Positions 1 through 16,864 of a stretch of 64,000 nucleotides of DNA are shown piece after piece. Position numbers and translations under genes: made by a program. Each line of letters begins with the position of its first letter. Position 1 is the first letter of the stretch. Origin of the DNA: the human T2T-CHM13v2.0 reference genome, Homo sapiens; NCBI RefSeq assembly GCF_009914755.1, contig NC_060933.1. One strand, given 5' to 3'. Under the pieces are notes generated by a model, which saw only the letters and a list, made by a program, of their open reading frames with translations, was not told the origin of the DNA and made no database searches.

Positions 1-215
1 ACTATTCTATTGTAAATAGAATAGTTGTTGCCTTGGGAATGGAGATGCAGTTAAATGAGAAAGAACATGAGTGGACTTTGTGGTATGATGGTTACTACAA
101 CATAATAGTAAACGTTACTATATTTTAATTATATATGTATATGCATTTGTCAAAACTTATAAATATTACTTAAATTTGTTCACCCTATTTTATGTAAATT
201 TTATATAAAAATAAA
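1..215 (+). mobile_element. Old L1M 3' end fragment
   Basis: gtggttgcc...tgcatttgtcaaaact...tatgtaaattttatat followed by an A-rich tail, typical of L1MC/ME 3' UTR ends. Confidence 0.55.
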
Positions 216-1771
216 CAAAACAGAAAAAAATCCTAGTCTTTTTAGGAGTATGATCAAAGTTAATCACAGATTGTTTATATGTGAATGAACACACAAAAAA
301 TATGTATGCACTTACCTCTCCAAAATGTTGAAGTGTCTGCTTGTAAAAGATACCGTTAATATTTATTCATTTAACATATTCATATGATTCAAACATTTAA
401 ATATTTAAAATAAATATTACCAACACTTTTAGTAAATTGGAAAGTTTAAGTCAATATCGAATTGAGAGTTTTTTTCTCATTTGGTTGATTCATTAATTAT
501 AATCAGCAAAAAAAATTTGCATATGTTACGTTTCGTTATACAGATACATTTGTGACATATAATTGCAGTATTGGGCAATGACTGATAAAGTTGTATTTTA
601 TCAAAACAGCTTTCTGAGTATGTGATATTGTGATATATAAGTAAAAAAATGCTAATTCATGATATTCATGATATGGACAACAGAAATATTTTGTAGCATC
701 AAATTTTAGACAAAAACAGAGGTTTACATTTAACATCAATGTCAATAATAGAGTCAGAATTGATATCAAACTTGAGAAATATTTTTACCAAAAGTAGGTC
801 TTTCATAATTAATATGAATTGATTTCTGCCAAACTATCATATTTAGCCATGTGGTCAGTAATATAATGTAAATTATATGTAGATATATATTTTTAAAGTT
901 GAGGACACCTAAATAAAACATGTAAATTATTTTAATTACTTGACAATCTATTATATACAAAGTATTTAAGTATATTTTAAACATATTTAATTTAACTAAT
1001 TTTTTGAGTGATTTGAGCAAAATTCTGTTTTAGTTCATGTATAGACATGCTTATATTTGAGTTACTGAAAATGCAAACATTTAAGTAGTCTACTCTTAGC
1101 ATATTAATATGTCCTGTATTCATTACAACATTAATTGCATTAAATTCAGCTACTATGAATAAATAATCTATCACATATACATTTTAAAGGTAGAAGCATT
1201 TTAGTTTTATACAAGGATGTCTTTTTGAGCTGACATAGGTTTCCAAGATTTGAGACAATATCAGAAGATTTATTAAAAATGATATGAGACAGCAACTCCC
1301 CACATCACTTTGCTGGCATATATCTGCATGGGTGGGCTTTACTTGCTTCAACAGCACATGGGAATGCAGTGTGCCCCCCATAATCCCCACCAACCACCAC
1401 TGCAGATGGATCCTTGTTGGGCACAGAGTCATCAAGCCCCATCTACACCAGTGCCCTGCCCTTGTGCTGTGCTGCACACAGAGCAGGGGATCCCCCCACA
1501 ACCTGAGCAATTGCTCCTGCTTGCAGACCACAGATAAGGCGCCAAGACCTCCACTGGCCAGCACCCCACCCCAAGCCATCACCACCTACAGTGCAGCAGT
1601 GCACTTGGTCTCCAGCAGAAGGCCCTTGCTCCCCCAACAGCTGCCTTGCCTCCAATACTGTGGTGAACACCTGCAGAGAGGCAGACACCCCTATATCCAC
1701 TAGTACTTTGCTGCAGGTACTGCAGTTTGCTATCCCCAGCACAGTGGACTCCAAATCTCGAGGAGCCACAG

Positions 1772-2886
1772 TGTAAGAGATCGATCAGGTTGTTGTGGGA
1801 ATCAGGAGACTGGAGAGATTGGTAGGTGAAACAGAAGGATTTTTATTGAGTGCACTCAGAACCAGAAGATTAATATCCAAAGACTGGACCCTGAACAAAG
1901 ACAGCACTTGCCTTTTACGCACACTTCTAAAAGGGGGTGGTCTAACTTGAAACAAGCTTACAGTTGTGCAAAGTATAATGATTCAAAAGCAAGGATACAG
2001 AAGAAGAACAAAGGCAGTCAATCATACTACAACAAGTTCACAACTCAGGCTTACATATGACTCTTGCTATGCAGCCCAGATAGCTGTTATCTAGGCTTGT
2101 TCCAGTGCTTTGCATGGGCTTATCTCATAACATTTGCTATGGCATCTAGGGGACTGCAATCTAGGCCTGCTCAGGTGTCTCATGATCTTCACTGTGCTGC
2201 TTAGATGAATAACAGAATCAAAAGAGAAAGGAAAATTTGTTTTTCTTTTCCCTATGTTGAGGGAGCCCTGGGAGACTCTCCAGAGCACATTCTTTGAGCC
2301 CCAGCTTCTTAGATAATGCTATCGAGACTTTGCCTGGGTCTGGGCTTTGCCTGTTACTGCCTTTGGGATGAGTCAGCCTAATACAGAAAGATTGTTTCTT
2401 TCTCTTTTTAATTTTACTTTTCTTTCTTTAATTTCCAGCCTCAAGGGTGATGGGAGAAGATGTAAGAAAAGTTATAGGGAAAAATGCAAACCTCCTTGGT
2501 AGGCCAAAAACTTTGGAGAATAATTTAGCTGAAGGCAGCTAAATTCTCTTAAGGGCAAAGGTTAGATAACAAGGGAATGTAAAGAAACATATCTAGAAAA
2601 ATTGGTTTACTTATGTCTCAGGAAACCAACCTTTGATCATTCATGTGCAAGACTGCTCTCTACTCAGGGGTCAACAATGTTAATTTCCCACAAATTATGT
2701 TTGCTCCAGGCCTTTGTCTTCAAATCTGTACTAAATTAATACAAAGTTCTCTGGCTTAGTGGGACTGTACTCTCATTGGTGATGCTAAGCAGTGCAGTCC
2801 CCTAGCTGCATTCTCAGGCAAAATAACTGTGTCTGAATACTTTCTTCATTGGTCGCTCAGCCAGAGTGTGCGGGATGGACCCGACA
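1772..2886 (+). mobile_element. Solo LTR, LTR22-like (HML-5/ERVK class), split by a second LTR
   Basis: Starts TGTAAGAGATCGATCAGG, resumes at 2444 with ...ttatagggaaaaatgcaaacc, ends GGACCCGACA (TG...CA termini); subfamily by recall. Confidence 0.6.
1791..2443 (-). mobile_element. ERV1 solo LTR (HERV1/ERV3 LTR4-related) nested in the LTR22-like LTR
   Basis: TG...CA termini; reverse strand starts TGAGGCTGGAAATTAAAGAAAG; minus-strand AATAAA near 1843 and a TATA-like element near 1915. Confidence 0.6.
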
Positions 2887-3826
2887 CAAGAGAACAAAGC
2901 TGGGGCCTAATACAAGTCCCCCAGAGTTAGAGCACACAGTCCAGAAGTTGGGAGCTGAGTGTTGGTGCCATAAAATATCCCAGAAATGAAGCCAGTCAGC
3001 TGAATCTACCTTATAACACAAACAAATCTTCGACATCATCAAATAGGATGAAAGAAAACCAAATACCATCCAAAGGTAAGCAATCTCAAAGACTGAAGTT
3101 AGATAAGTGCACAAACATGAGAAAGAATCAGTGCAAGAATACTGAAAACTGAAAAAGCCAGAGTAACTTCCTACCTCCACATAACTGCATCACCTCTCCA
3201 GCCAGGGTTCAGAACAGGGCTGAGGCTGCAATGGCAGAAATAGCATTCAGAATATAAACAGTAATCAAATTCATTGAGCTATAGGAGTATGTTGTAAGCC
3301 AATACAACAGAGCTAAAAATCACAATAAAACATTGCATGACCTGGCAGACAAAATGCCAGTATAGAGAACATAACCAACCTGATAGAGCTGAAAAACACC
3401 ACAAGAATTTCACAATGCAATCGTAAGTATTAACAGCAGAATAGACCACGTGGAGGAAACAATCTAAGAGCTTAAAGAATGGCTTTCTGAAATAAGACAG
3501 GCAGATAAGAATAGAAAAAAAGAATGAAAAAGAATGAACAAAACCTCTGAGAAATATGGGATTATGTAGAGACTGAATCTACTACTGGTGTACCTAAAAA
3601 GGATAGAGAAAATGGAGTCAACTTAGCAAAAGTTGACTTTTGATATTTTTGATCTCATGGATCAAAATATCATCCATGAGAACTTCCCTAACCTAGATAG
3701 AGAGGTCAACATTCAAATTGAAGAAATACAGAGAACTTCAGTAAGATACTCCACAAAAAGATCATCTTGAAGACAAATAATCATCAGTTTCCAAGGCCAA
3801 AACAATAGAAAAAATGTTAAAGACAG

Positions 3827-5300
3827 TGTATTAGTCTGTTTTCACACTGCTGATAAAGACATACCTCAGATTGGGTAAATTATAAAGAAAAAGAGGTTTA
3901 ATGAACTCACAGTTCCACATGACTGGGGAGACCTCACAATCATAGTGGAAGGCAGAAGTCATGTCTTACATGGCAACAGGCAAGAGAGAGAATGGGGACC
4001 AAGCAAAAGCAGAAACCCCTTATAAAACCATCAGGTCATGTGAGACTTACTGACTACCACAAGGACAGTATAGGCGAAACTGCCTCCATGATTCAATTAT
4101 CTCCCACTAGGTCCTTCCATAACACATGGCAATTATGGGAACTACAATTCAAGATGAGATTTGGGTGGGGACACAGAGCCAAATCATATTATTTTGCCTG
4201 TGTCCCCTCTAAATGTGTCCTCAAGTTTCAAAACCAATCATACCTTCCCAACAGTTCCTCAAGTCTTAACTCATTTCAGCATTAACTGAGAAGTCCACAG
4301 TCCAAAGTCTCATCTGAGACAAGACAAGTCCCTTCCACCTATAAGCCTGTAAAATCAAAAGAAAGTTAGTTACTTTCTTGATACTCTGGGGGTACAGGCA
4401 TTGGGTAACTATACCCATTCCAAACAGGACAAATTGGCCAAAACAAAGGGGTTACAGGCCGCATGCAAGTCCAAACTCCAGCAAGGCAGTTGAATCTTAA
4501 CGCTTCAAAATGATCTCCTTTGACTCCATGTCTAACATCCAGGTCATGCTGATGCAAGATGTGGGCTCCCATGGACTTGGGCAGCTCTGCCCCTGTGGCT
4601 TTGAAAGGTACAGTTCCCACCTAGCTGCTTTCACAGGCTGGTGTTGAGCATCTGAGGTTTTTTTAGGTGCATATGCAAGCTGTGAGTGGATTTACCATTC
4701 TGGGGTCTGGAAGATGGTGGTCCTCTTCTCGCACAGGCAGCGCTTCAGTGGGGACTCTGTGTGGGGCTCCAACCCCACATTTCCCTTCCCCACTTCCTTA
4801 GCAGAGGCTCTCCATGATCCCCCCCCTCCCCCACAGCAAACTTCTTCCTGGACATCCAGGCATTTCCATACATCCTCTGAAATCTAGGCTGAGGCTCCCA
4901 AGCCTTGCTTCTTGACTTCTGTGCACATGCAGGCTCAACTCCACATGGACGCTGCCAAGGTTTGGGGCTTGCGACCTCTGACACCATGGCCCAAGCTGTA
5001 CCTTGGTCCCTTTTAGTCACAGCTGGAGTGGCTGGGATGTAGGGCACCAAGTCCCTAGACTGCACACAGAGAGGGGCCCTGGGCCTGTCCCCAGAAAACA
5101 TTTTTTCTCCCTAGGCCTCTGGGTCTGTGATGGGAGGGGCTGCTGTGAAGACCTAGGACATGGCCTAGAGACATTTTTCCCATTGTCTTCATGATTAGGA
5201 TTTGGCTTCTTGTTACTTATGAACATTTCTGCAGCTGGCTTGAATTTCTTCTCAGAAAATGTTTTGTTTTTTTTTCTATTGCATTGTCAGACTGCAAATT
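3827..5300 (-). mobile_element. THE1 (ERVL-MaLR) LTR 3827-4191 plus truncated internal region
   Basis: tgtattagtctgttttcacactgctgataaagacatacc...tttgggtggggacacagagccaaa is the THE1 LTR reverse strand; THE1-int follows and stops abruptly at ~5300. Confidence 0.9.
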
Positions 5301-6099
5301 ATATAAATATATATATAATTTAAATAATATGAGCCAATAAATACATAACTAATTAATATTTAAATTATTAAAGATAAATATTAATTTTAACTATTTTATC
5401 AAAATTGTAAATATGGAAATGTATGTAACATACAATTATTGATAAATAAGTTGGGGGTTTTACTTATGATTCTCTCAAAACCTGAATAAAAATATCCTTT
5501 CTTTTTTGAGTCCTGGATTTTCTTCAGTTTGAACAAATATTGGAATTATTAACTCTGCACCAAAGCTAAATAACTGATTAAGGACACATGATGAACCTAT
5601 TTGCATAAATGTGTAAATGTTATTTTTAAAAGCAGTGAAAAAGTTAATGAAGATATTTAATTAACCTGAAGAGTCCACTTACTAGATAATTCAATGTCAT
5701 TAATTAGGTGACTCATAAAGCAGATGCTTTCCATTTTTTGAGAGTGGCTAGAAAAAAAAAGTTTATGTTTACAACATGACTCTACTAAGAAACCTGAATA
5801 TTATTTCATTACTTTTTATCAAGCTAATATGAGAAAGGAAGCAATAAGATAAAAATAAATGACAGTCACTTCTTGGACTGGAAGCAAAGAAGTTTAACAA
5901 AAGAAAAAAAAAGCATTCTTCCCCACTTTCTTAAAAATTGAGACCACATTTTAAAATAATTTTGCTTGAGGTCTAATTAAAAATATTATAGTTTCCGTTT
6001 TCTGGAAGATTATAGTTTTTCAAAACTGCAACCAGTAGGCAGATAAATATAAATTATGATAAACATAATGTAGATGTATCTTTACAGAAAACTTTAGAT

Positions 6100-6410
6100 C
6101 AAATGTTAGCTTTTTCTACAAAGGGTCAGATTTTAAGTATGTTAGGCTTTGACAATCATACAGTTTCTGTTGCAACCACTCAACTCTGACATAATAGCCT
6201 GAAAACATCTATAGACCACATGTAAGTGAATGATCTTGTGTCCAAAAAAAAACCTTGTTATTTATGAAAACACTGCAGTTTTTACTTTCTGCAATCGTTA
6301 TATGCTACAAAATGTAATTTTAAAAAATTGTTTCAATCATTTAAATCTCTAAAAACCATTATTACCTTGCAGGCTGTACCAAAACCATAGGCCACAGGCT
6401 GCCAATGCTC
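6100..6410. mobile_element. MER58B-like hAT DNA transposon
   Basis: aaagggtcag...tttctgttgcaaccactcaactctg...aaaaccatt...gcaggctgtac motifs. Confidence 0.65.
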
Positions 6411-6880
6411 ACACTGAAGAAACAAAATTGTGATATCAGTACAGCCTTCACACAGAAAATAGAGTTTGAAACTAGAATATCAACTACAACTGGAGAGTTA
6501 AATGAAAAGTCTTATTAGTTAGATGGAGTGGGTTTTGCAAGACACTGGTGAGAAGTACAGAATTTGGGGTAATTGCAGTAATTACGTGGGCTTAAATATA
6601 TATGTGTGGGTAGAAGAGGGAGATGTCAAGTGATGAGAGTAGAGATGAGTTTAGGATAAATTACAAATGTCTTCAGGCCATCCAAAGTGTTTATAATTTA
6701 TTCTAATGGAAGTGACAAGACATTAATGAGATCTAAAATAGGGACTACAAGAAACAGATTACAATAGATAAACAAGACTGTAGGCAGAGAGCTTCTTAAT
6801 TCCACAGTTCATAGGCAAGTCCAAGAAGAAACTTAAGGTGACCTGAACTATAGTAATGACAGCGGATTCACTTATAAGTA

Positions 6881-9203
<2,323 letters not shown>

Positions 9204-9273
9204 TATATTATTTTTATTTACCACTGAATGGCAATATTAAATATGTTACAAGAAGGGTTTGGATATTAAATCC

Positions 9274-9580
<307 letters not shown>

Positions 9581-10399
9581 TAATTCCTTATTATGAAGAC
9601 ACGTAATTCATATAACAAAAACAGTAAAAATGTCTAGAATCCTATGTACTTTCCAGAATGCTGTCAAGAGCTAAGCTGCCATGGAGTTGAAATAGCTAAT
9701 TAAAACAATAAGCCAAAATGACAGTAACAGTCAAATCTTTACTAACTGAGATAGTTTAAGCAAGAAACTAAAGAGGAAAGATCGCTAGCTCCTCCAATGT
9801 TCCATTTTGTCCCATGAAACAGCTCCAGGCCAAGGTCATGTAGATCAGCACAAATGCAGATGTGGGAATTTTCTCAGCAAGGATCTTTTGACCAAGGAGC
9901 CATGAACAAAAAGCTCCTTTCATCTTATGGACCTGGGTGCTTGGGACAGAAAGAGGAGGAAGGGCTAAGAATGGGAAAATACTGAGTTCTGATTCAGAAT
10001 AGAGAATAATGATTTCAATGTTTCCCCTTTCTCCTCTCCCTTATCCCTCTCTCCCTATCATAAGGAGTTCTCTGCAAAGGTTTTCTATTGAGGGTCCCTA
10101 ATAAGGATAGCTCAGATGGGGGTGCCTGAGACTTGAATGGCAGACATGCACAGGAGGATGGTTGGCTAGCGGGGAATGAGTCCTAGACTGCAGCTCCCAT
10201 TAGATATTGTAATGCACTGGCTGTTTGCCAATTCTGGTATAGGGAGAGTATCTTTGTCTAGTGAGGCCTGCCAGGTAAAGCCATTGTCATGGCCTATGGT
10301 TAGGTCTGAAAGATTACACATAGGGTTTCTGCCTGGAGTTGGACTCCTCAGATGCCTTTTGGAATTTCTGTCAAGTGGTAAACATTAATGGAAGATTAA

Positions 10400-10900
10400 A
10401 ACAACTCCAATTTGACAAGACAACTAAGGGCACTGTTCATGAAGAGTGGGCTCTTGCTGTGGAAACTTGGATAATTTAGGATACTATAGAGAAGTGTGGA
10501 ATGAATAATATAAAAAGAATGGTACAAATACCATCCACAGTTCCATGATCAGTTATAAAATTAAGTATGTAATACATTCTTGGGTTTTCTTCTCTTCTGC
10601 ATTGTCATGTATATAATTGTTTGTCTTATTTTATCTTCCATTTTTCCTATCATTTTTAGGGTAGGCTGGTTTGAATAACTTCATAATTTATTATCTTATT
10701 TCAGGATATTAAGACATAGTTGAGACTGAATCTGAAGAGGAGTGAATATCATGGATACCTATTTTGGATAGGACCACTGCATTTTAATTTGTGCAACATA
10801 TATTTGAATTATATTTGACAGGATCATGTACTTGTTACTGTTACTCTTTTGAAGTTTAAGCTTTAGAAAAGGCAGGTGCATGGATATTGAATAGTCTTAA
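10400..10900 (+). mobile_element. Very old ERVL/MaLR internal 3' fragment
   Basis: Weak resemblance to the ERVL-int 3' end (…aaataccatccacagttccatgatcagtt…). Confidence 0.35.
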
Positions 10901-12566
10901 GCTGGACCATCGGCTATTTCAGACTGGCTTACTCAGGCATATTCCAAAACTCTGGTAGTTTGACTAAGTACTTGCTCAATTTGGAACAGCTAAAAATGAT
11001 ATCCCCAGGCTTACTCACAATTCAGGTTTTACATTAAACCTATCTTCTTTAAGGAAAAGAGCCTGAGATAGAAGGTGCCTTCCTATTCTTTTTCCTGACA
11101 AGCAGTGTAACAAAACCATTTACTTTCCTGTAACGACAGTCACAAATGACCAAATGTCCAGTCCTTAGTTCTGTGGCCAACATTCTGTGTTATTCAAATA
11201 TGAACCATGGCTGAGATCCTATGATCAAGAAGCAAGCAGCTATGACAGAAGTATTTTAATGCTTAGAGAAAAAAAAAACAAAGGTAGCAACTAACTGTTA
11301 GGTTAGGGTTAGTCTGCAGATACCTGGATTAAGATATCTTAAGCCACTGTGTGGTCCCTGGCTGACCAGAGTGAGTTCATTTATATCTATCTCCTCTATT
11401 TGGATAACAATAAAAACATAACAGAGAGAGATGGATTCCATAAATATGACTGTTGAAAATGTTATAGCTACAGAGGATCTAAGATGTATGTTTGGTAGTT
11501 GGACTAATATATTGTTTGGATCAAATAAAATATGTGTTAGAGAATGCAACTGTTTATTCAAAGTATAGGGGCACAGTTTAGGCCCAGATCAGTCAGGAAG
11601 GTGGCAAACTGTTTCACACACTTCCTGCCATGTAAATCAGAAATGTTGTGTAGAACAGAACTTATATACAAGCTAAAATAAGTAAACACAAAACAAAAGA
11701 TAGTGACCAAAATCTTTAGCAAGAAGAGGTGCATCACAAAAGGAAAGAGGAACAGGTATGACCTGATATGAAACTATAAGGTACCCCTGTAAGAGTTATG
11801 AATGGAGGCTGCTACAGTAAGTCTAAGGCCAACAATGTAGAGAGAAACAGATGAAATTTTTCTTCGTATTGTTAAATTAAAATGCAAACATTCGAGCTTC
11901 CCAGCTTCAACATCAAAGTAGAAAAAAAAAAAGAAATTTGCATTAGAAATGTGTGTCTAGCTTTTATGAAGGATGACATAAAAAATTATTGTTTCTCAAA
12001 GCAGTTTTTCTAAAAGTACATTTGTAAAATGGACAATGTGCCTCAAGTTACAAAAAATTATTTTATTATTCTCTATGTAAATATGTCTCCCATGAGTACA
12101 TTTAATGATGTTTAGACTAACAATTTTGTTTAAATTTTAAGTTAATAAGATAAACTTTGAAACTGGGAAAAAAACAAATAGCAAAGTTAGCATAATTTTA
12201 GTGCCAGTGGTTGCACAGGAGATCCTGATTCTCCAGCTTCTCAGTCATGGCAAAAGGAGCAACAGTCCCAGCTCTGTCATTTTTCTGGAGGAGTTCTAGC
12301 AATCATTTAGAAGATCAGCCCAAGACCTGCTCCACCAACTCTCCAATCGTGTAAGAAACTAATTCTATATATTAAATTTTGTTTGCCTATATTACCTAAA
12401 GATTTATTCTTATAATCTATAATGGAAAATTGAAATATTGAGTATGCTGATGAAAAAGATTACATTTTCTTAAACAAAAGTTCACTCCTAAATGATAAAT
12501 TCAATTATAGGAACAAATTTAGGTAGGCATAAAAAGAGAAAAGTGAAAATACAATTGAAAAATCGA

Positions 12567-12860
12567 GGCCAGGCGCGGTGGCTCACACCTGTAATCCCAG
12601 CACTTTGGGAGGCCGAGGCGGGTGGATCATGAGGTCAGGAGATCGAGACCATGGTGAAACCCCGTCTCTACTAAAAGTACAAAAAATTAGCTGGGCGCGA
12701 TGGCGGGCGCCTGTAGTCCCAGCTACTCAGGAAGCTGAGGCAGGAGAATGGCGTGAACCCAGGAGGCGGAGCTTGCAGTGAGCCGAGATCCCACCACTGC
12801 ACTCCAGCCTGGGCGACAGAGCGAGACTCTGCCTCAAACAAACAAACAAACAAACAAAAA
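12567..12860 (+). mobile_element. AluY-lineage element with a 12-bp left-arm deletion (AluYc/Yd-type)
   Basis: gagatcgagaccatggtgaaacc lacks cctggctaacac; (CAAA)n tail; flanking repeat gaaaaatYga. Confidence 0.9.
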
Positions 12861-13024
12861 AGAAAAATTGAAGCAACTCCACATGCATTCCAGCTTTACA
12901 GAGTGAAAGTGTACATGAAATTTTATTAAGAGACAATAATTTATAATGCATAATTAACTCAAGAATTAATATTATTTGACACAATTTTGAGCATACTAAA
13001 AGGTAACTGGATTTTATAATCTAA

Positions 13025-13433
<409 letters not shown>

Positions 13434-13529
13434 TTAGTAAATTTTGCATAAGTAAATTATACCTCAGTAAATCTGGCTAAAATACAATGTAAATATGTGT
13501 ATCAACCACCATTAATTTAAAAATTCTAG

Positions 13530-13820
13530 GGCCAGGCATGATGGCTTATACCTGTAATCCTATCACTTTGGGAGGCTGAGGTGGGAGGATCCCTTGAGCC
13601 CAGGAGTTCAAGACAAGCCTGGGTAACAGGGAGAGCCTCATCTCTATAGAAAATTAAAAAATTTAATTAGCCTATCGTGGTGGCTCACACCTGTAATCCC
13701 AGATACTTGGGAGGCTTTTTTGAGGTTATAGTGAGTTATGATCCAGCTACTGTACTCCAGCCTGGTGACAGAATGACATCTTCCCTCTATAAAAATAAAA
13801 ATAAAAATAAAAATAAAATC
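13530..13820 (+). mobile_element. AluJ with right-arm deletion
   Basis: gggaggatcccttgagcccaggagttcaagac is J-type; right arm shortened. Confidence 0.85.
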
Positions 13821-15242
13821 TATGACATTTAACTGATTACATATTTAATCAATTAATTGGAATAAATGATATCCTGATTATGACATTTCAATAGACATAT
13901 TATTATTTATTTTAATGTTTGAATAGAGTAAATAAAGCCCTATTTTTCTTTCAATTTGTCATTTATTTTATGTTGCTTTGAATAGAAAACTAATGCTGCA
14001 ATTGTGTACACCATTAAATCATTAGGTTCTAATTTCCTTGATCTATTACAAAAAGTGATTTTCAATTTTAATATCAAGGGCATTATTTTCAGAATATTGT
14101 TATTCTGCAAATATATTCTGCAAATACATTCTGTAATATTTAAATATCATAATCAAGCAAACTCTTAAATGTGACACCTGAAACAATTATAGGCAAAGAA
14201 AATACTAGTAATATAGCTCACAGATAAAGCTTATTTAGTATAAAGTATGCAAGGAACTTCGGATTCAGACAATATGGCACAGATCCATGTTTTTCCCGCC
14301 TCTTTTTGTTATGCACAACTATATATTTTGAAAATGACACATGTGACTAACATGAAAAAGCTCTAAGAGATGGAGGTAAACAGAAGAAGAGTTAGTTTGA
14401 TATGCAAGGAATGGTGAAACAGCACAACAGCAAGGCATCTTGTGTATCCTGAAGTCCTGAAGAAGGCCTTCAGACTTATTTTTCCTAATCCCCCAATCTA
14501 GCAACAGAAGATACCTCAAGTAAGCTCCTTCCTCCCTTGGATCAATCAGGAGCCACTAGCTTGAGACACCCACCACCATCCAGGAGAAGCAGCTAGGAGA
14601 AACGCTAAGAGAGGTGCTCTCCTTCCCAGTACAGCTTGAGGCTTCCTTTTCTACCAGGAAGCACAAAGGTGGGAAAATAGAATCAGGAAGAGGGACCTAG
14701 TAGAGAAAGTGGCCTGGCCTAAGAAGCTGCTTTGTCCCTGCAGGCCTAAGACTCTCTTCCCAATGACCCCAGAGTAGCCAGGGGACATTGGTTGGGGGAT
14801 TCTACCACACCCCTCACCACATACCTCAGACACCTGGTAGCCTAACCTGGAGAAACTGCTTCCACTGCCATAGGCAGCACTAACAGGGAGCAGTGGAATT
14901 CCCAGCAGCACCATATTAATCAAAGAGTCTGAAATCACAATGCAAAAGCTCTAAACATTAAGTTGGTATTGAAACTACAGCCAAAATAATTGGCCAGTGC
15001 AGGACAGTTCTCCATGTGGCCTTGGATTGACCCAGTTCTCTTCCCTTTCTTCCTTGTAGGTCTTAATAATTACTGTAGATTGTGCTGGGAATACATTATG
15101 GTGAGATAAGGAGGGGCTGACTGGACTAGCCTGGGCCTGTTGCTCTTTCCTCTGGAAGCAGGATGTCCCTCAAAGCTTTAAGTCAATGTTTCACATTGGC
15201 TCTGAGGTATATAACCCTGAACAGGCTGTCTTAAAGAGTCCT

Positions 15243-15585
<343 letters not shown>

Positions 15586-16864
15586 CTAGACAGCTTTCTT
15601 GAGTCTTCAGGAACCAGCTCATTATAGATCCTAGCATTCTTTTGTCCCTTGCTGCCTACCTGTAAGTCACAAATCTGCTTTGTGTAACTTGTTGCATATG
15701 AGTGTATTCTGTCTCCTGCACTCAGACAAGCTGGTAAGCAGCACACAGTAAACCTAATCCACAAAATGCATCCAGCAAGCAGGGCCCCATCTAATGTAAT
15801 CATAGCTTATTTGAGAAGCAGGAGGGGTGATACTTCCTAGTACCCAGCCCTGGGGAAAGATGGCAGCCTGGGGGCATGGGGATTGAATATTTTCAGAGGA
15901 AGGAAGGGTGATAAGTGGGATTTAGGTCTGCCACTTCCCACAGATGTGAATGAGATGGCTGCATGGATCAAGGCAAACAAAAGGCAATGAGGAAATAGAG
16001 GAGCATAGGTACCTTGGTTGGGGATATTTATTTAATTACCCTGTCATTCATGGGGGCAGAGAGTGAGGGAAGTGTGTACTCAACCAGACACTAAGGCACC
16101 TGAGAGGGAAAGAAGAAAGGGGTCCTCAGATCTTCCTTGAGGCATCTGAGAAGGAATCAATACATGTGATAAAGGCCTTCACAGAAAGGGAGACTCATTA
16201 TCTAAAGGACAGATATAGAGAAAGGCCAGGCATGTTTCTTTGATGAAAGGACATTGCAAATCCAATGTATTGGGCTGAATGGCAGAGTCAGAAATGGGAC
16301 CAAGGTCTCAGGGTCCCCAAATGGAGGCCAAAGGCCTTATATTTCTGTCAAGGTAAGAGGAGAAAAGAAAGAAATTCAGACTTTTTTTTTTGATACAGGA
16401 GTCCACATAATATTTCCAGGTCCTCTTAGGGAGAAAAACTGGTGACACTGGAAGGTTTTAGAATGAATGCATTGACCAGTAGTGCTTATCAACCTGTGAT
16501 ATGGCTTTGGTCCATATTGGATGTCAGTGACCATGGTTCTCACTTGTGAGTGCATTATTGGTATTGACCCCCCGACTTCTTGTAGCACAAAAATCACCAT
16601 TGCCTGAGGGGACATACTCTTTGACAACTCAGAATTCAAGCCATAACAGTGGGGCATATCCTGCCTGCCACCTAAACTACCCAAGCCCCAATGGATTATT
16701 TAACAAAAGCAGTACTACATGGTAAGTGGAGAATAGGACATTACTTTACTAATTCAGGACTACAACAAACTATCCCTTTTAAGCAACCTGTAAGGATCCA
16801 TTGGATTCTCCTGTGGCAACCTGGGGCCCAGGACTCATAGACATGCTTACTGACAGCATGGCAT

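Larger units (their letters stand above)
1284..3826 (+). mobile_element. Old primate L1 (L1P4/L1PB-like) 5' UTR and decayed ORF1, interrupted by nested LTRs at 1772-2886
   Basis: ORF1-like atgagaaagaatcagtgcaagaatactgaaaa (3117) and gaatgaacaaaacctctgagaaatatgggattatgta (3532); sequence resumes after the LTR at 2887. Confidence 0.7.
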
